From contig WANQ01000023.1 of assembly GCA_015521735.1 (NCBI GenBank), positions 63,169 through 127,168 of the forward strand: a DNA stretch of 64,000 nucleotides. The letters are read 5' to 3'. This DNA comes from Pyrodictiaceae archaeon (lineage in GTDB: Archaea > Thermoproteota > Thermoprotei_A > Sulfolobales > WANQ01). The notes under the pieces are model-generated. The model worked only from the letters and a program-made list of their open reading frames with translations. It was not told the origin of the DNA and searched no databases. Below are positions 19,006 through 27,295 of the stretch, one piece after another (within the stretch, counting starts at the first letter, position 1; each line of letters starts with the position of its first letter). Both the position numbers and the translations under genes were made by a program.

Positions 19006-19932
19006 ATGGTTTGGCGAACTATTTTCCCAGTATTCATGGTGGTTATGATACTAGCATTATTACCTGTAACAGTATTTGCTCAAGACGAAGGTATACGTAT
19101 AACATCGTATACACTATACTACTATGAGGGCCCAAAAGTTGAAACACCATATCTTCTAGCAGGTAAAGCGTATAAAGCACAGCTTACAATAGAAATGGGC
19201 CCAAAGACTCCACCAAACGTACCAGTTATTGTTGAAACCGATCTAGCAAGCTATCGTGGTGGTGAAATATTTATTGTAAAGGAGGCCAATGTAGAATACA
19301 ATACTAGTGAGAATAAGCTATTATTCATAGCTAAGCCTGGCGGTAAAATATCATTAGAGATAACTGGTATGATACCAAGCGATGTAACTGTTAAGGAAGT
19401 TAATGGACTAGAACTACACTATAAGGTTGTTTTAAGTGTTGTTAAAATGTACTATGCAAACAATCCTACTACTCCCATAGATGAGAAGAGGTATGACGTA
19501 ATAGACGAGGTTATGGAAGAATACTATAAGCTAGTTAACGAGAAGAAGAAGCTACTAGACATACCTGACACCGATGAAACCTGGAGGACTATGGTTAAGG
19601 GAATGATAAGTTTAGCTGATAAGTATGCTTCAAGAGGCCTAGTCTTAGAAGCCTTAGACATACTTAAAGCTATACCCGATAAACCTATAACTAAGCCACC
19701 TGAAGGAAAAGATACAATGTACTACATGATTATGGGTGTATTAGCCGTAGTAATGATTGTAGCAATAGTAATGTGGGTGAGGGCTACGGGTAAGGCAAAG
19801 TTCCTTGAAGAAAAACTAGAAGGCATAGTAGGAGATTTGGAAGCTATTAGCGTAAGAGTTGAGAAGCTAGATAAACGTGTAGCAGGAGAGTTAAGAGACA
19901 TCATAGATAGAGTTAAATCCGTGTTATCCTAG
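19006..19932 (+). CDS. type-I membrane protein: signal peptide, extracellular beta-rich domain, one TM helix, short cytoplasmic coiled coil
   Basis: The N-terminal signal is MVWRTIFPVFMVVMILALLPVTVFAQ. The TM helix is MYYMIMGVLAVVMIVAIVMWV. The C-terminus KFLEEKLEGIVGDLEAISVRVEKLDKRV is heptad-like. The gene ends 21 nt before the FtsZ/tubulin-like gene. Confidence 0.6.
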   Translation: MVWRTIFPVFMVVMILALLPVTVFAQDEGIRITSYTLYYYEGPKVETPYLLAGKAYKAQLTIEMGPKTPPNVPVIVETDLASYRGGEIFIVKEANVEYNTSENKLLFIAKPGGKISLEITGMIPSDVTVKEVNGLELHYKVVLSVVKMYYANNPTTPIDEKRYDVIDEVMEEYYKLVNEKKKLLDIPDTDETWRTMVKGMISLADKYASRGLVLEALDILKAIPDKPITKPPEGKDTMYYMIMGVLAVVMIVAIVMWVRATGKAKFLEEKLEGIVGDLEAISVRVEKLDKRVAGELRDIIDRVKSVLS

Positions 19933-19953
19933 TATAAATTCATTAACTACTAG

Positions 19954-22587
19954 GTGTCTAGCACGTTGACTACCCCTAAGGTTTTCGCAACCCTCCACCC
20001 CATTGGTCTTGGTGGAGCAGGTACTAACGTAGTAGAAACATACATTAGGGATAGGAGGGTTATTGAAAGAATAGCAAGTGTAGAGGACTTATACGTAGCA
20101 GTGTTAGCAATAGACGTAGCTGATGGAGATATACGTAAACTACAGGCTACAAGAGAAATAGTGTTAAGAGAGCTTAGGCAAAGAGGAATATCAACTAGTA
20201 GGCTTAGAGTTATAGCTGAATCAGTTAAATTCCCCTCACCAGAAGCAATGTTTGACTTCATATATACTAAGTACCCTGACTTCCTAAGACTTGACGGTGT
20301 AGCAATAGATAAGGAGAAGTATAAACCTATAGTAACAACATCTATAGACATACCTCCACTTGCTGGAGGAGTAGCTAGGAAAAGATCTTTATCTAAGAGT
20401 ATCTACGCGTTAAACTACTACCAGCTAGAGACCATTAAGAGAATGATAGAAGAATACAAGGATACAATGGTTAGGAATCCTGGAAGCAATATCTCAGTAA
20501 TAGTCTTCGGCTTAGGAGGTGGAACAGGTAGCGGCATAGTAGTGGACTTTGCAAGACATCTAAGAAAACATGTAGGTGAAGCAGTACCAATAATAGGCAT
20601 AAGTATTCTACCAGTTGAAGCGGATGACCCTAACGTTAAGGTTGCAGGATACATAGCCCTAAAAGAACTAGGATTCATACTAAGTCCAAGAAGAAATAAG
20701 TGGGTTGTGGAAAAGTTCGGTAAAGTCTACGAAAACCCATTCTACGCGTTCTTCTTCATCCCAATGAAGCCAGTATACAATAAGCTTGGAAGCCTACAGC
20801 TAACACATGAAGTAGTAGACTCTGAAATAGTAGACATGCTTCACACCATAGCATCAATAGACATAGCTGACGCCCTAGACCACCTACAATCTGGTAAGAT
20901 GGACGATGAATCGTACATAACAGTTACAAGGTTAATGAAAGTCTACTACCCAATAGACAAGTATATAGAAATATTGAAGTATAAGCTTGAAATAGTTGAA
21001 ACACTAGCAAGACTAGTTGAATCTAAGATTAAAGCAATAGAATCACTAATAAACATACTTGAAGACACTCGTACTAAGCTACTAAAACTATACGAAGAAC
21101 ACCTTAGAGCAACTGGAAGATATAGTGAAGACGCTGTAAAAGAACTAGTTAATAGCATTAAATCTACTCCACAATACTCTAGAAACGTCTTAATGAAGGC
21201 AAGAGACATAAAAGTCTCTGTAGAAGACATTGTTAAGTCACTATACGATATAATAGCTAACATGGAGGTTAAGGAAGGTACAACAGAGTATAATATAATA
21301 GAAATGGTACGTAAATTAAACGAGCTCATGGGTAGAGCTGAAGAAGATGTTGAAGCCTTTAGCGCAACAGTTGAATCACTTGTAGACGACTTGAAAGGCA
21401 TAATAATTAGTGCTCCAAGGTTCACCCCCGAACAGAAGTCATTGATTAATGCTTTCGCTGAACTAGCTAGACTACTTGCAAGATCATTCTACTTCATACA
21501 ATTATACGTTGATGTAACAGAGCTAGCTAAAACAATACATAGCATCATAGGTGAAGAATCTAGAAAACTTGTAGAAGAAGCACGATCAGAAGCTAATACA
21601 TTACTACAAGCGGTAAACGCTCTAATGGCTGGACCAGGAGAGGAGTCTAAGCTAGCTGAAAGCGTAGTAATAGCTTTATCAGGTACTATAAGGAGGATAG
21701 AGGAAGAGTTAAAGATTAAAGAAGACGAAAGAGATAGGCTGGAGTCAAGGATAAGAAAGCTTAGAGTAGAAGCTGACCAATTACGCTCAAAGCTAAGGGG
21801 CATACTACCATTCGGTAAGGGTAAGATTAAGGCTAGGCTACGTGAACTAGAAATACAGTTACGTAGACTAGAAGAAGAATTAAGTGTATTAAGGGACGAG
21901 TACGACGAGTTGAAGAAGAAATTCGATATACTAGACAGTATACGTAGACTATACTCAGTTGCTAGCGAGTACCGTAAAAGCATTGAGAAGATAGGTGAAC
22001 TTGAGAGAAAATTCAATGAAGAGTTGTCAAGGATTACTAGGTTAGAGAAAGTATTTACACGAGTAGCAGAGCTAAGCCATCAGGAACAGATTAAGATCTT
22101 GGAGAAACTGTTAACAGGTAGGGTAGAGGAGCTTAGAAGAGAAGAAGCATTAATGAGAATACTAGATAAGGAGAGATTCAATAGGTTCATGAGAACAGTT
22201 ATCGGTCAGCTCAAGAACCCAACAGTACTAGGAGTTAAACCAGGATTCCGAACTGATCGCATATGGGTTACAGTACTATCACCTAGAGGGTTATGGAGTG
22301 ATGACCTACGTAAAGAGGTTGAAGCAGCACTAGCAGGGTATATTGAGGGTGAGGTTAGTAGATGTATAGCTTTCCGTGAAGCAGCACCAATAGATCCATG
22401 GACTATAAGCTTACTAATAATGGTTGGCAAGGTTAAGCCACAAGACCTAGACATATACGATGTACTAAAACATAGCTATGAGGCAAGTAATCCTAGAGAT
22501 AGAGAATTCATGAGAAGCTTCCTAAAAGAATGGGGCTATACGCTCGAAGCACTAGAAGAAATGTATAAGTCAAGTAGTATCAGGTAA
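19954..22587 (+). CDS. tubulin/FtsZ-superfamily GTPase domain fused to a long coiled coil and a C-terminal globular domain
   Basis: Motifs found: GLGGAGTN (aa 18-25), AIDVADG (aa 52-58), GGGTGSG (aa 188-194, nt 20515-20535, the exact tubulin signature), IIGISILPVEAD, and SIDIADALD (aa 301-309, T7-like). Residues about 335-745 are E/K/R/L heptad-rich. Confidence 0.75.
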   Translation: MSSTLTTPKVFATLHPIGLGGAGTNVVETYIRDRRVIERIASVEDLYVAVLAIDVADGDIRKLQATREIVLRELRQRGISTSRLRVIAESVKFPSPEAMFDFIYTKYPDFLRLDGVAIDKEKYKPIVTTSIDIPPLAGGVARKRSLSKSIYALNYYQLETIKRMIEEYKDTMVRNPGSNISVIVFGLGGGTGSGIVVDFARHLRKHVGEAVPIIGISILPVEADDPNVKVAGYIALKELGFILSPRRNKWVVEKFGKVYENPFYAFFFIPMKPVYNKLGSLQLTHEVVDSEIVDMLHTIASIDIADALDHLQSGKMDDESYITVTRLMKVYYPIDKYIEILKYKLEIVETLARLVESKIKAIESLINILEDTRTKLLKLYEEHLRATGRYSEDAVKELVNSIKSTPQYSRNVLMKARDIKVSVEDIVKSLYDIIANMEVKEGTTEYNIIEMVRKLNELMGRAEEDVEAFSATVESLVDDLKGIIISAPRFTPEQKSLINAFAELARLLARSFYFIQLYVDVTELAKTIHSIIGEESRKLVEEARSEANTLLQAVNALMAGPGEESKLAESVVIALSGTIRRIEEELKIKEDERDRLESRIRKLRVEADQLRSKLRGILPFGKGKIKARLRELEIQLRRLEEELSVLRDEYDELKKKFDILDSIRRLYSVASEYRKSIEKIGELERKFNEELSRITRLEKVFTRVAELSHQEQIKILEKLLTGRVEELRREEALMRILDKERFNRFMRTVIGQLKNPTVLGVKPGFRTDRIWVTVLSPRGLWSDDLRKEVEAALAGYIEGEVSRCIAFREAAPIDPWTISLLIMVGKVKPQDLDIYDVLKHSYEASNPRDREFMRSFLKEWGYTLEALEEMYKSSSIR

Positions 22588-22589
22588 AC

Positions 22590-23597
22590 TTATTCTTCTT
22601 CAAGTAGAAGACTTCTCCTATACTCTACGTAGGCTTTTTTAAGATGCCCTAACACCTTATCCACTAGTTCAGGGCTAAGCCTCTCAAGTAATACTAGATT
22701 AACTCTACGTACACTACCAAACCTTGAATTAGAATAGTCTATGCTCATGCTAACCAAGTTCTTAAACTTACCGTAAACCCATTCATTAAAGGCTAGCTTC
22801 AAGTCATCATACCTAAGATTCACCCTGGGTTCAGCTCTAACAACAAGCATAACTGCGTCGCCATCCCAAGTCCAAGGAGTCATAAGTGTTCCTAGCTCTA
22901 ATGCCTTAAGTAATCCTTCTACGCCATTATATAGCGGTATACTAGCACCCGTAAGCCCCGCCATAACCCATATCCTTGAATCCCTCCACCTAAGAGCTTC
23001 TTGAAGGAATAATGCTTTACCACTAACAATACTAGCCACCAGCTCACCTAAACCACTATACCTATAAACATATTCACCGTCAAGACCTAAGCCTACGAAC
23101 TCTGCTATTCTTCTAGGACTAACAGCTACTATAGCGTCAACAAGATTCTCATTACTTACACGTGTAATCCAAGAATACGTTAAAGCCTTAATCTCTATAG
23201 GTGAGCCAGGCCCAGGGGTTATCAACAACACTAATACTTTACCATCGCTAACCCTTTTACGGTATTCTCGTAGAATCCTATAGAGTATGGGTGCTTCTTC
23301 ACGTCTATTAAATTCTGCTACAACTACAAGTATCTTAGAGTAAGGTATGTGTTTCTTAAATAACTCATAGTATTCAACACTACTAGCATACCATGGATCA
23401 ACTAGTTTAACATCTACTCCAACATATTTTGAATGATCTCTTACAAACAATACAGCATAATCTTGGTCAAAACCCCACCTATTTACACGTTCGCATAGCT
23501 CTGAAGCTTCCTTAGAAACAACTATAATACTTAAATCCCTTACCCTAGGCTTAAAAGAGTCCCCTAATACTTTAATGAATTCTGTAATGCTCTCCAA
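22590..23597 (-). CDS. hypothetical protein; possibly a degenerate FtsZ/tubulin-fold paralogue lacking the glycine GTP-binding motifs
   Basis: 335 aa. The pattern of strands and helices is co-linear with FtsZ (LSIIVVSKE / AVLFVRDH / KILVVVAEFNRREEAPILYRIL / VLVLLITPGPGSP...VDAIVAVSP / IWVMAGLTG...AVMLVVRAEP...NLVLLERL), but no GGGTGxG is present. It sits tail-to-tail with 19954..22587 across a 2-nt gap. Confidence 0.5.
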   Translation of the reverse strand: MESITEFIKVLGDSFKPRVRDLSIIVVSKEASELCERVNRWGFDQDYAVLFVRDHSKYVGVDVKLVDPWYASSVEYYELFKKHIPYSKILVVVAEFNRREEAPILYRILREYRKRVSDGKVLVLLITPGPGSPIEIKALTYSWITRVSNENLVDAIVAVSPRRIAEFVGLGLDGEYVYRYSGLGELVASIVSGKALFLQEALRWRDSRIWVMAGLTGASIPLYNGVEGLLKALELGTLMTPWTWDGDAVMLVVRAEPRVNLRYDDLKLAFNEWVYGKFKNLVSMSIDYSNSRFGSVRRVNLVLLERLSPELVDKVLGHLKKAYVEYRRSLLLEEE

Positions 23598-23780
23598 CTT
23601 AACTAGCCCCTAAACACTTTAACTCATTACCGGGTTAGCTAGATCTAATACCGTGTTGTATTATAACCTTATGTTATATTTAAGGATGTCTTTATTAGGA
23701 ATAACCTAGGAACTAGTAAGTAGAAACCACTAGGAGTACGTGGCTCTCATCCAGTAATATAATACTACTAAGCTACTAAG

Positions 23781-26348
23781 GTGTTATGCGTGGGGCTTAT
23801 AGAGAGTACTAAAAGGTATGGTCCAAGAATACTAGCAGCTATATCATCGTTCTTATTCATAGTTTGGGGTTCTAGCCAGGTACCCTTGCTCTCAGTATTC
23901 CTTGAGCCACGTGGGCTATTATTATCAGTAACCTTGGGTGTAATTGCTGGAGTACTATCATACATGAACCGTAACCGTGTCTCAGCATTCATAGCTACGC
24001 TACTTGTAGTAGGTGGTCTCCTCTACCATATAATGTACTTTTACGTAGTTAAAGCATCTATACCCGTAGAAATAGCATCATCTTATCCAGCAATATACGA
24101 GATGCTCTCAGATCCTTTATCAAGAGTACTTTATGCTTCAGTAGCTATCTCAGCCTTTATTGTTGCGCTTATTATTGCTGCTACAATAAAGCATCCGCTA
24201 GAGCTTATATCATATTATATTAGCTTGACTGCTCTACTCCTATTCATAACACCTTATGCGTATCTCTCAATACCACTCTTATTCGCTGCACTTAGTGCTG
24301 CAAGAGTTGTTGGTGCTAAAAGCATTAAGGGCTTAGGACTATTCTTCTTAATATACTTCTCACTACTACTCCCAATACACGTATCATACATTATGACCAA
24401 CTATGGGTTAAGAGAATCCAATGGAGATCCAACAATGGCTGTTCTCTATGCCATAGGCTACTACTCCATTCAAGGTAATAGGAGTATTCCAGTATTTGAT
24501 AAGATAAATAAGAGTGAGGTCGTACACGGAGAACTACTATTATCGGCAAGGCTATCAGAACTTGTAGCTAAATTCCGTACGGGGAGCCTTAGGCCTAAGC
24601 TCGAGGACTTTACTAACCTACCATACGATGAAGTTAGAGATAGACTTGCAGCATCACTTGTTGTTGCAGCTAATAGGGTAATAGCAGACTATAGTATTCC
24701 TCTAACCATAGCTATGTCAACTATATGGTTTGGCTTAGGTTTAGGTCTAGCATTCTACTCTTACGCTAGTAGGCAAATACAGAAGCTAATACTAGGCATA
24801 CTTCGTAGAGCTGAAAACATAATAGCACTAATTGCCTCAACCATAGCTTTACCTCTAATTGTAGTAGTAACCTTGTGGATAGGTTTAGCTTTAGGGGTGT
24901 ACTTCTTTACAGCTCTATCACCATTAGGCTATGAATCACCTATAATTATAGGTAATACGCTTATCTTATTACATGGACTCCTAGTAATACTAGGAATAGT
25001 GTATCCACCATACGTGTTTAACACCTTCCCAACACTCCTAAAACTAGGAGAAGAATTTAGGAAGAGATATCTCTCTACACTTGAAGCATTACTTGATAAG
25101 GTTAGTATCCTAAGAGGTTCGCTAGTTAAAATTCTAGATCTAGCCAAGACAGAACAAGCAGCATTTAAGAAGATAGACCTAGAACTAGTAAGCCTTGAAG
25201 AAGATCTTGTATCAAAGTTTAACTGGGTTAGAATAGCTAAAAGCCTAGACATACTTAGGAGTAAACTTGAAGGATACATTGGGGCTGTTTCAGATAAGTA
25301 TGGTATGCTAGAACTGCAACTAGTAGAAGAGCTTAGAAGAGTATTTAATATAAGGTATACTACGCTCAACGAAGCAGTAAATATTGCTAGAGAGCTAGGT
25401 GCAGTCGTAGAAATACCTGAAAACCTTGCTAAAGTAAAGCCGGATAAAATGATGATAATGGAGTTAATAGAAGCATTAAGAGAACTAAATAGGGCAGCTA
25501 ATAAAGTAGTAGAAGTGCTAACTAATCAATACGAAGAAATGGGTAAAAGCCTAGCATTATTAGATCCTGAAGGAGAAGAAATACTTAGAAGTGTTAAAGC
25601 AGATGTTGAAAGCATTAAGTCTAACCTAGACTATGACCCTCATGTAGCATTAGATTTAGCTCTAAAAACAATAGTAAGATTCCGTGATGCTTACTACGAA
25701 AGATTAATGAGCTTGTGGAAAACTCTTGTAGAACAGTTATCTGGAACCATAGATGAAGTGGAGAAATTACTTAGTGAGAGTATCTTCATAGAAGACATTA
25801 TTAGAGATCAATTATTATCTTTAGTACGTGAAGCTAAGAACCATTTAGTAGTAGAAATAGGTGATATAAGTACATTATCTAAGAAGATTAGTGGTGTTAG
25901 GACAAGTATTTTAGAGCTAGTGGAGAAAACCATCGACTTAATAGAATCGGAGTCATTAAAGGCTTCAAAACTAGTAGGAGTAGAAAAAGCGATCATACTA
26001 GACTTATCCGGTATACCAGCAAACTATGCAGTAGAGATAAGACATACATTAAAGCTTATTACATCTAGGACGGGTGTACGTGCATTTATGGAGCTTACAG
26101 AACTCATGAAGAGAAGTATAGAGTACCTAAACCAAATAAGTATTGCTCGTGAAAGATGTGCTAACTTCTGGATAGCTCGTAGAGTAATAGATAAAGCTAT
26201 AATAGAGGGTAGATGTATTAGTATAGATGAGTTACCATTCACTAAAGATCATTCTAGATGGATGATGAAACTATATGCTAGAATACATTATACGGATACA
26301 GTAATGGAGTTAAAGGATGGAGTTGAACATATTTGTCCTAGGCGCTAA
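23781..26348 (+). CDS. large polytopic membrane protein (about 10-12 TM helices, aa 1-415) with a 440-aa cytoplasmic helical domain
   Basis: Many hydrophobic segments run up to aa 415, and the rest is helical E/K/L-rich. It is divergent from 22590..23597. TAATATAATA lies at 23755-23764. The start could be GTG 23781 or the in-frame GTG 23790. Confidence 0.65.
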   Translation: MLCVGLIESTKRYGPRILAAISSFLFIVWGSSQVPLLSVFLEPRGLLLSVTLGVIAGVLSYMNRNRVSAFIATLLVVGGLLYHIMYFYVVKASIPVEIASSYPAIYEMLSDPLSRVLYASVAISAFIVALIIAATIKHPLELISYYISLTALLLFITPYAYLSIPLLFAALSAARVVGAKSIKGLGLFFLIYFSLLLPIHVSYIMTNYGLRESNGDPTMAVLYAIGYYSIQGNRSIPVFDKINKSEVVHGELLLSARLSELVAKFRTGSLRPKLEDFTNLPYDEVRDRLAASLVVAANRVIADYSIPLTIAMSTIWFGLGLGLAFYSYASRQIQKLILGILRRAENIIALIASTIALPLIVVVTLWIGLALGVYFFTALSPLGYESPIIIGNTLILLHGLLVILGIVYPPYVFNTFPTLLKLGEEFRKRYLSTLEALLDKVSILRGSLVKILDLAKTEQAAFKKIDLELVSLEEDLVSKFNWVRIAKSLDILRSKLEGYIGAVSDKYGMLELQLVEELRRVFNIRYTTLNEAVNIARELGAVVEIPENLAKVKPDKMMIMELIEALRELNRAANKVVEVLTNQYEEMGKSLALLDPEGEEILRSVKADVESIKSNLDYDPHVALDLALKTIVRFRDAYYERLMSLWKTLVEQLSGTIDEVEKLLSESIFIEDIIRDQLLSLVREAKNHLVVEIGDISTLSKKISGVRTSILELVEKTIDLIESESLKASKLVGVEKAIILDLSGIPANYAVEIRHTLKLITSRTGVRAFMELTELMKRSIEYLNQISIARERCANFWIARRVIDKAIIEGRCISIDELPFTKDHSRWMMKLYARIHYTDTVMELKDGVEHICPRR

Positions 26349-26377
26349 AGAGAATTGTTGAAGAGAGGTGACAACTA

Positions 26378-27268
26378 TTGATTAAATTCAAAGCTCCTAA
26401 ATCCCGTGAAAAGTTTGAGGAACCATTATGTATTTACGATAATAGACGAGTTACATTAACTATAATAGATAGTAGGCTGCAGTTGGTTGAGAAGAAGTTT
26501 TTATCAAAACACGTTGTACTAGAAATAGAGCTTAATCATTTAGAGGAAGTATCAATTAGTAATGGATCTCTAATATTCACTTTAGATGATGGTAGTACTC
26601 TGAACTTGCTCAATTGCCAAAACGTTGAAAACATAGTAGAATACGCTAAGAGAATTGTAGAGGAGAAAGCGATAAATAAGCGTATAGTAGAATATGAGAA
26701 AAAGCTTTACAGTAAAGCTTTAGAAGCATTCTATGACATTAAGAGGCTTATAGTAGAGGTATATCCAGCAATAGTGGATGTAGCGAGAATGCTTAGGGAT
26801 ATACCTAATTATGAAGGAGCTATTGGTAAAGCTAATCACCTGGCATCGCTTGTAGATGAAGCAGCCGATATAGTTAGGGCGCTGAGAGCGTATGATTCAC
26901 TTAAAGCTCACAGATTACTAGTTGAATTGTCAAAAAAGCTGTACGAGGATACTATCATTAGAATAAGAGAGGTGAATTTAGGGAAGGATGTTGAAGAATA
27001 CTTGTTGAAGGCGTTGGATTTAGGAGTACTACTAAACGTGTTGATAGCTAAGATATATGTGGGCAAAAACTATAAGGATGAACTAGAGAAAGCTAAAATT
27101 CTTACTAAAGAGGTTGCAGGTTTTGATCCAGGCTTACCTGAGTCTCCTAGGCCAGAACACTTATACGATAAGCTCAGTAATATCATGGATAGAGTTGAGG
27201 AAAAGTTCAAAGAGCTAGCTAAGTCCAAGGCTCATGAGGAAGCTGTAAGAACGGTCAGGGAAGGTTAA
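26378..27268 (+). CDS. hypothetical protein: small N-terminal beta domain (PH-like?) plus a helical domain
   Basis: 296-aa ORF with a TTG start, 29 nt after the preceding gene. aa 20-95 alternate as beta-strands capped by a helix and the remainder is helical. Confidence 0.55.
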   Translation: MIKFKAPKSREKFEEPLCIYDNRRVTLTIIDSRLQLVEKKFLSKHVVLEIELNHLEEVSISNGSLIFTLDDGSTLNLLNCQNVENIVEYAKRIVEEKAINKRIVEYEKKLYSKALEAFYDIKRLIVEVYPAIVDVARMLRDIPNYEGAIGKANHLASLVDEAADIVRALRAYDSLKAHRLLVELSKKLYEDTIIRIREVNLGKDVEEYLLKALDLGVLLNVLIAKIYVGKNYKDELEKAKILTKEVAGFDPGLPESPRPEHLYDKLSNIMDRVEEKFKELAKSKAHEEAVRTVREG

Positions 27269-27295
27269 TCTTATTGCTGAAGGGTTAATGACGTC

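Noticed and set aside
20946-22016. Two long minus-strand ORFs (159 aa and 175 aa) inside the FtsZ/tubulin-like gene
   Set aside because: Both are S/L/I-rich and low in complexity. They are the typical antisense shadow of a purine-rich E/K/R coiled-coil coding region, and the + strand frame carries clear motifs and is far longer.
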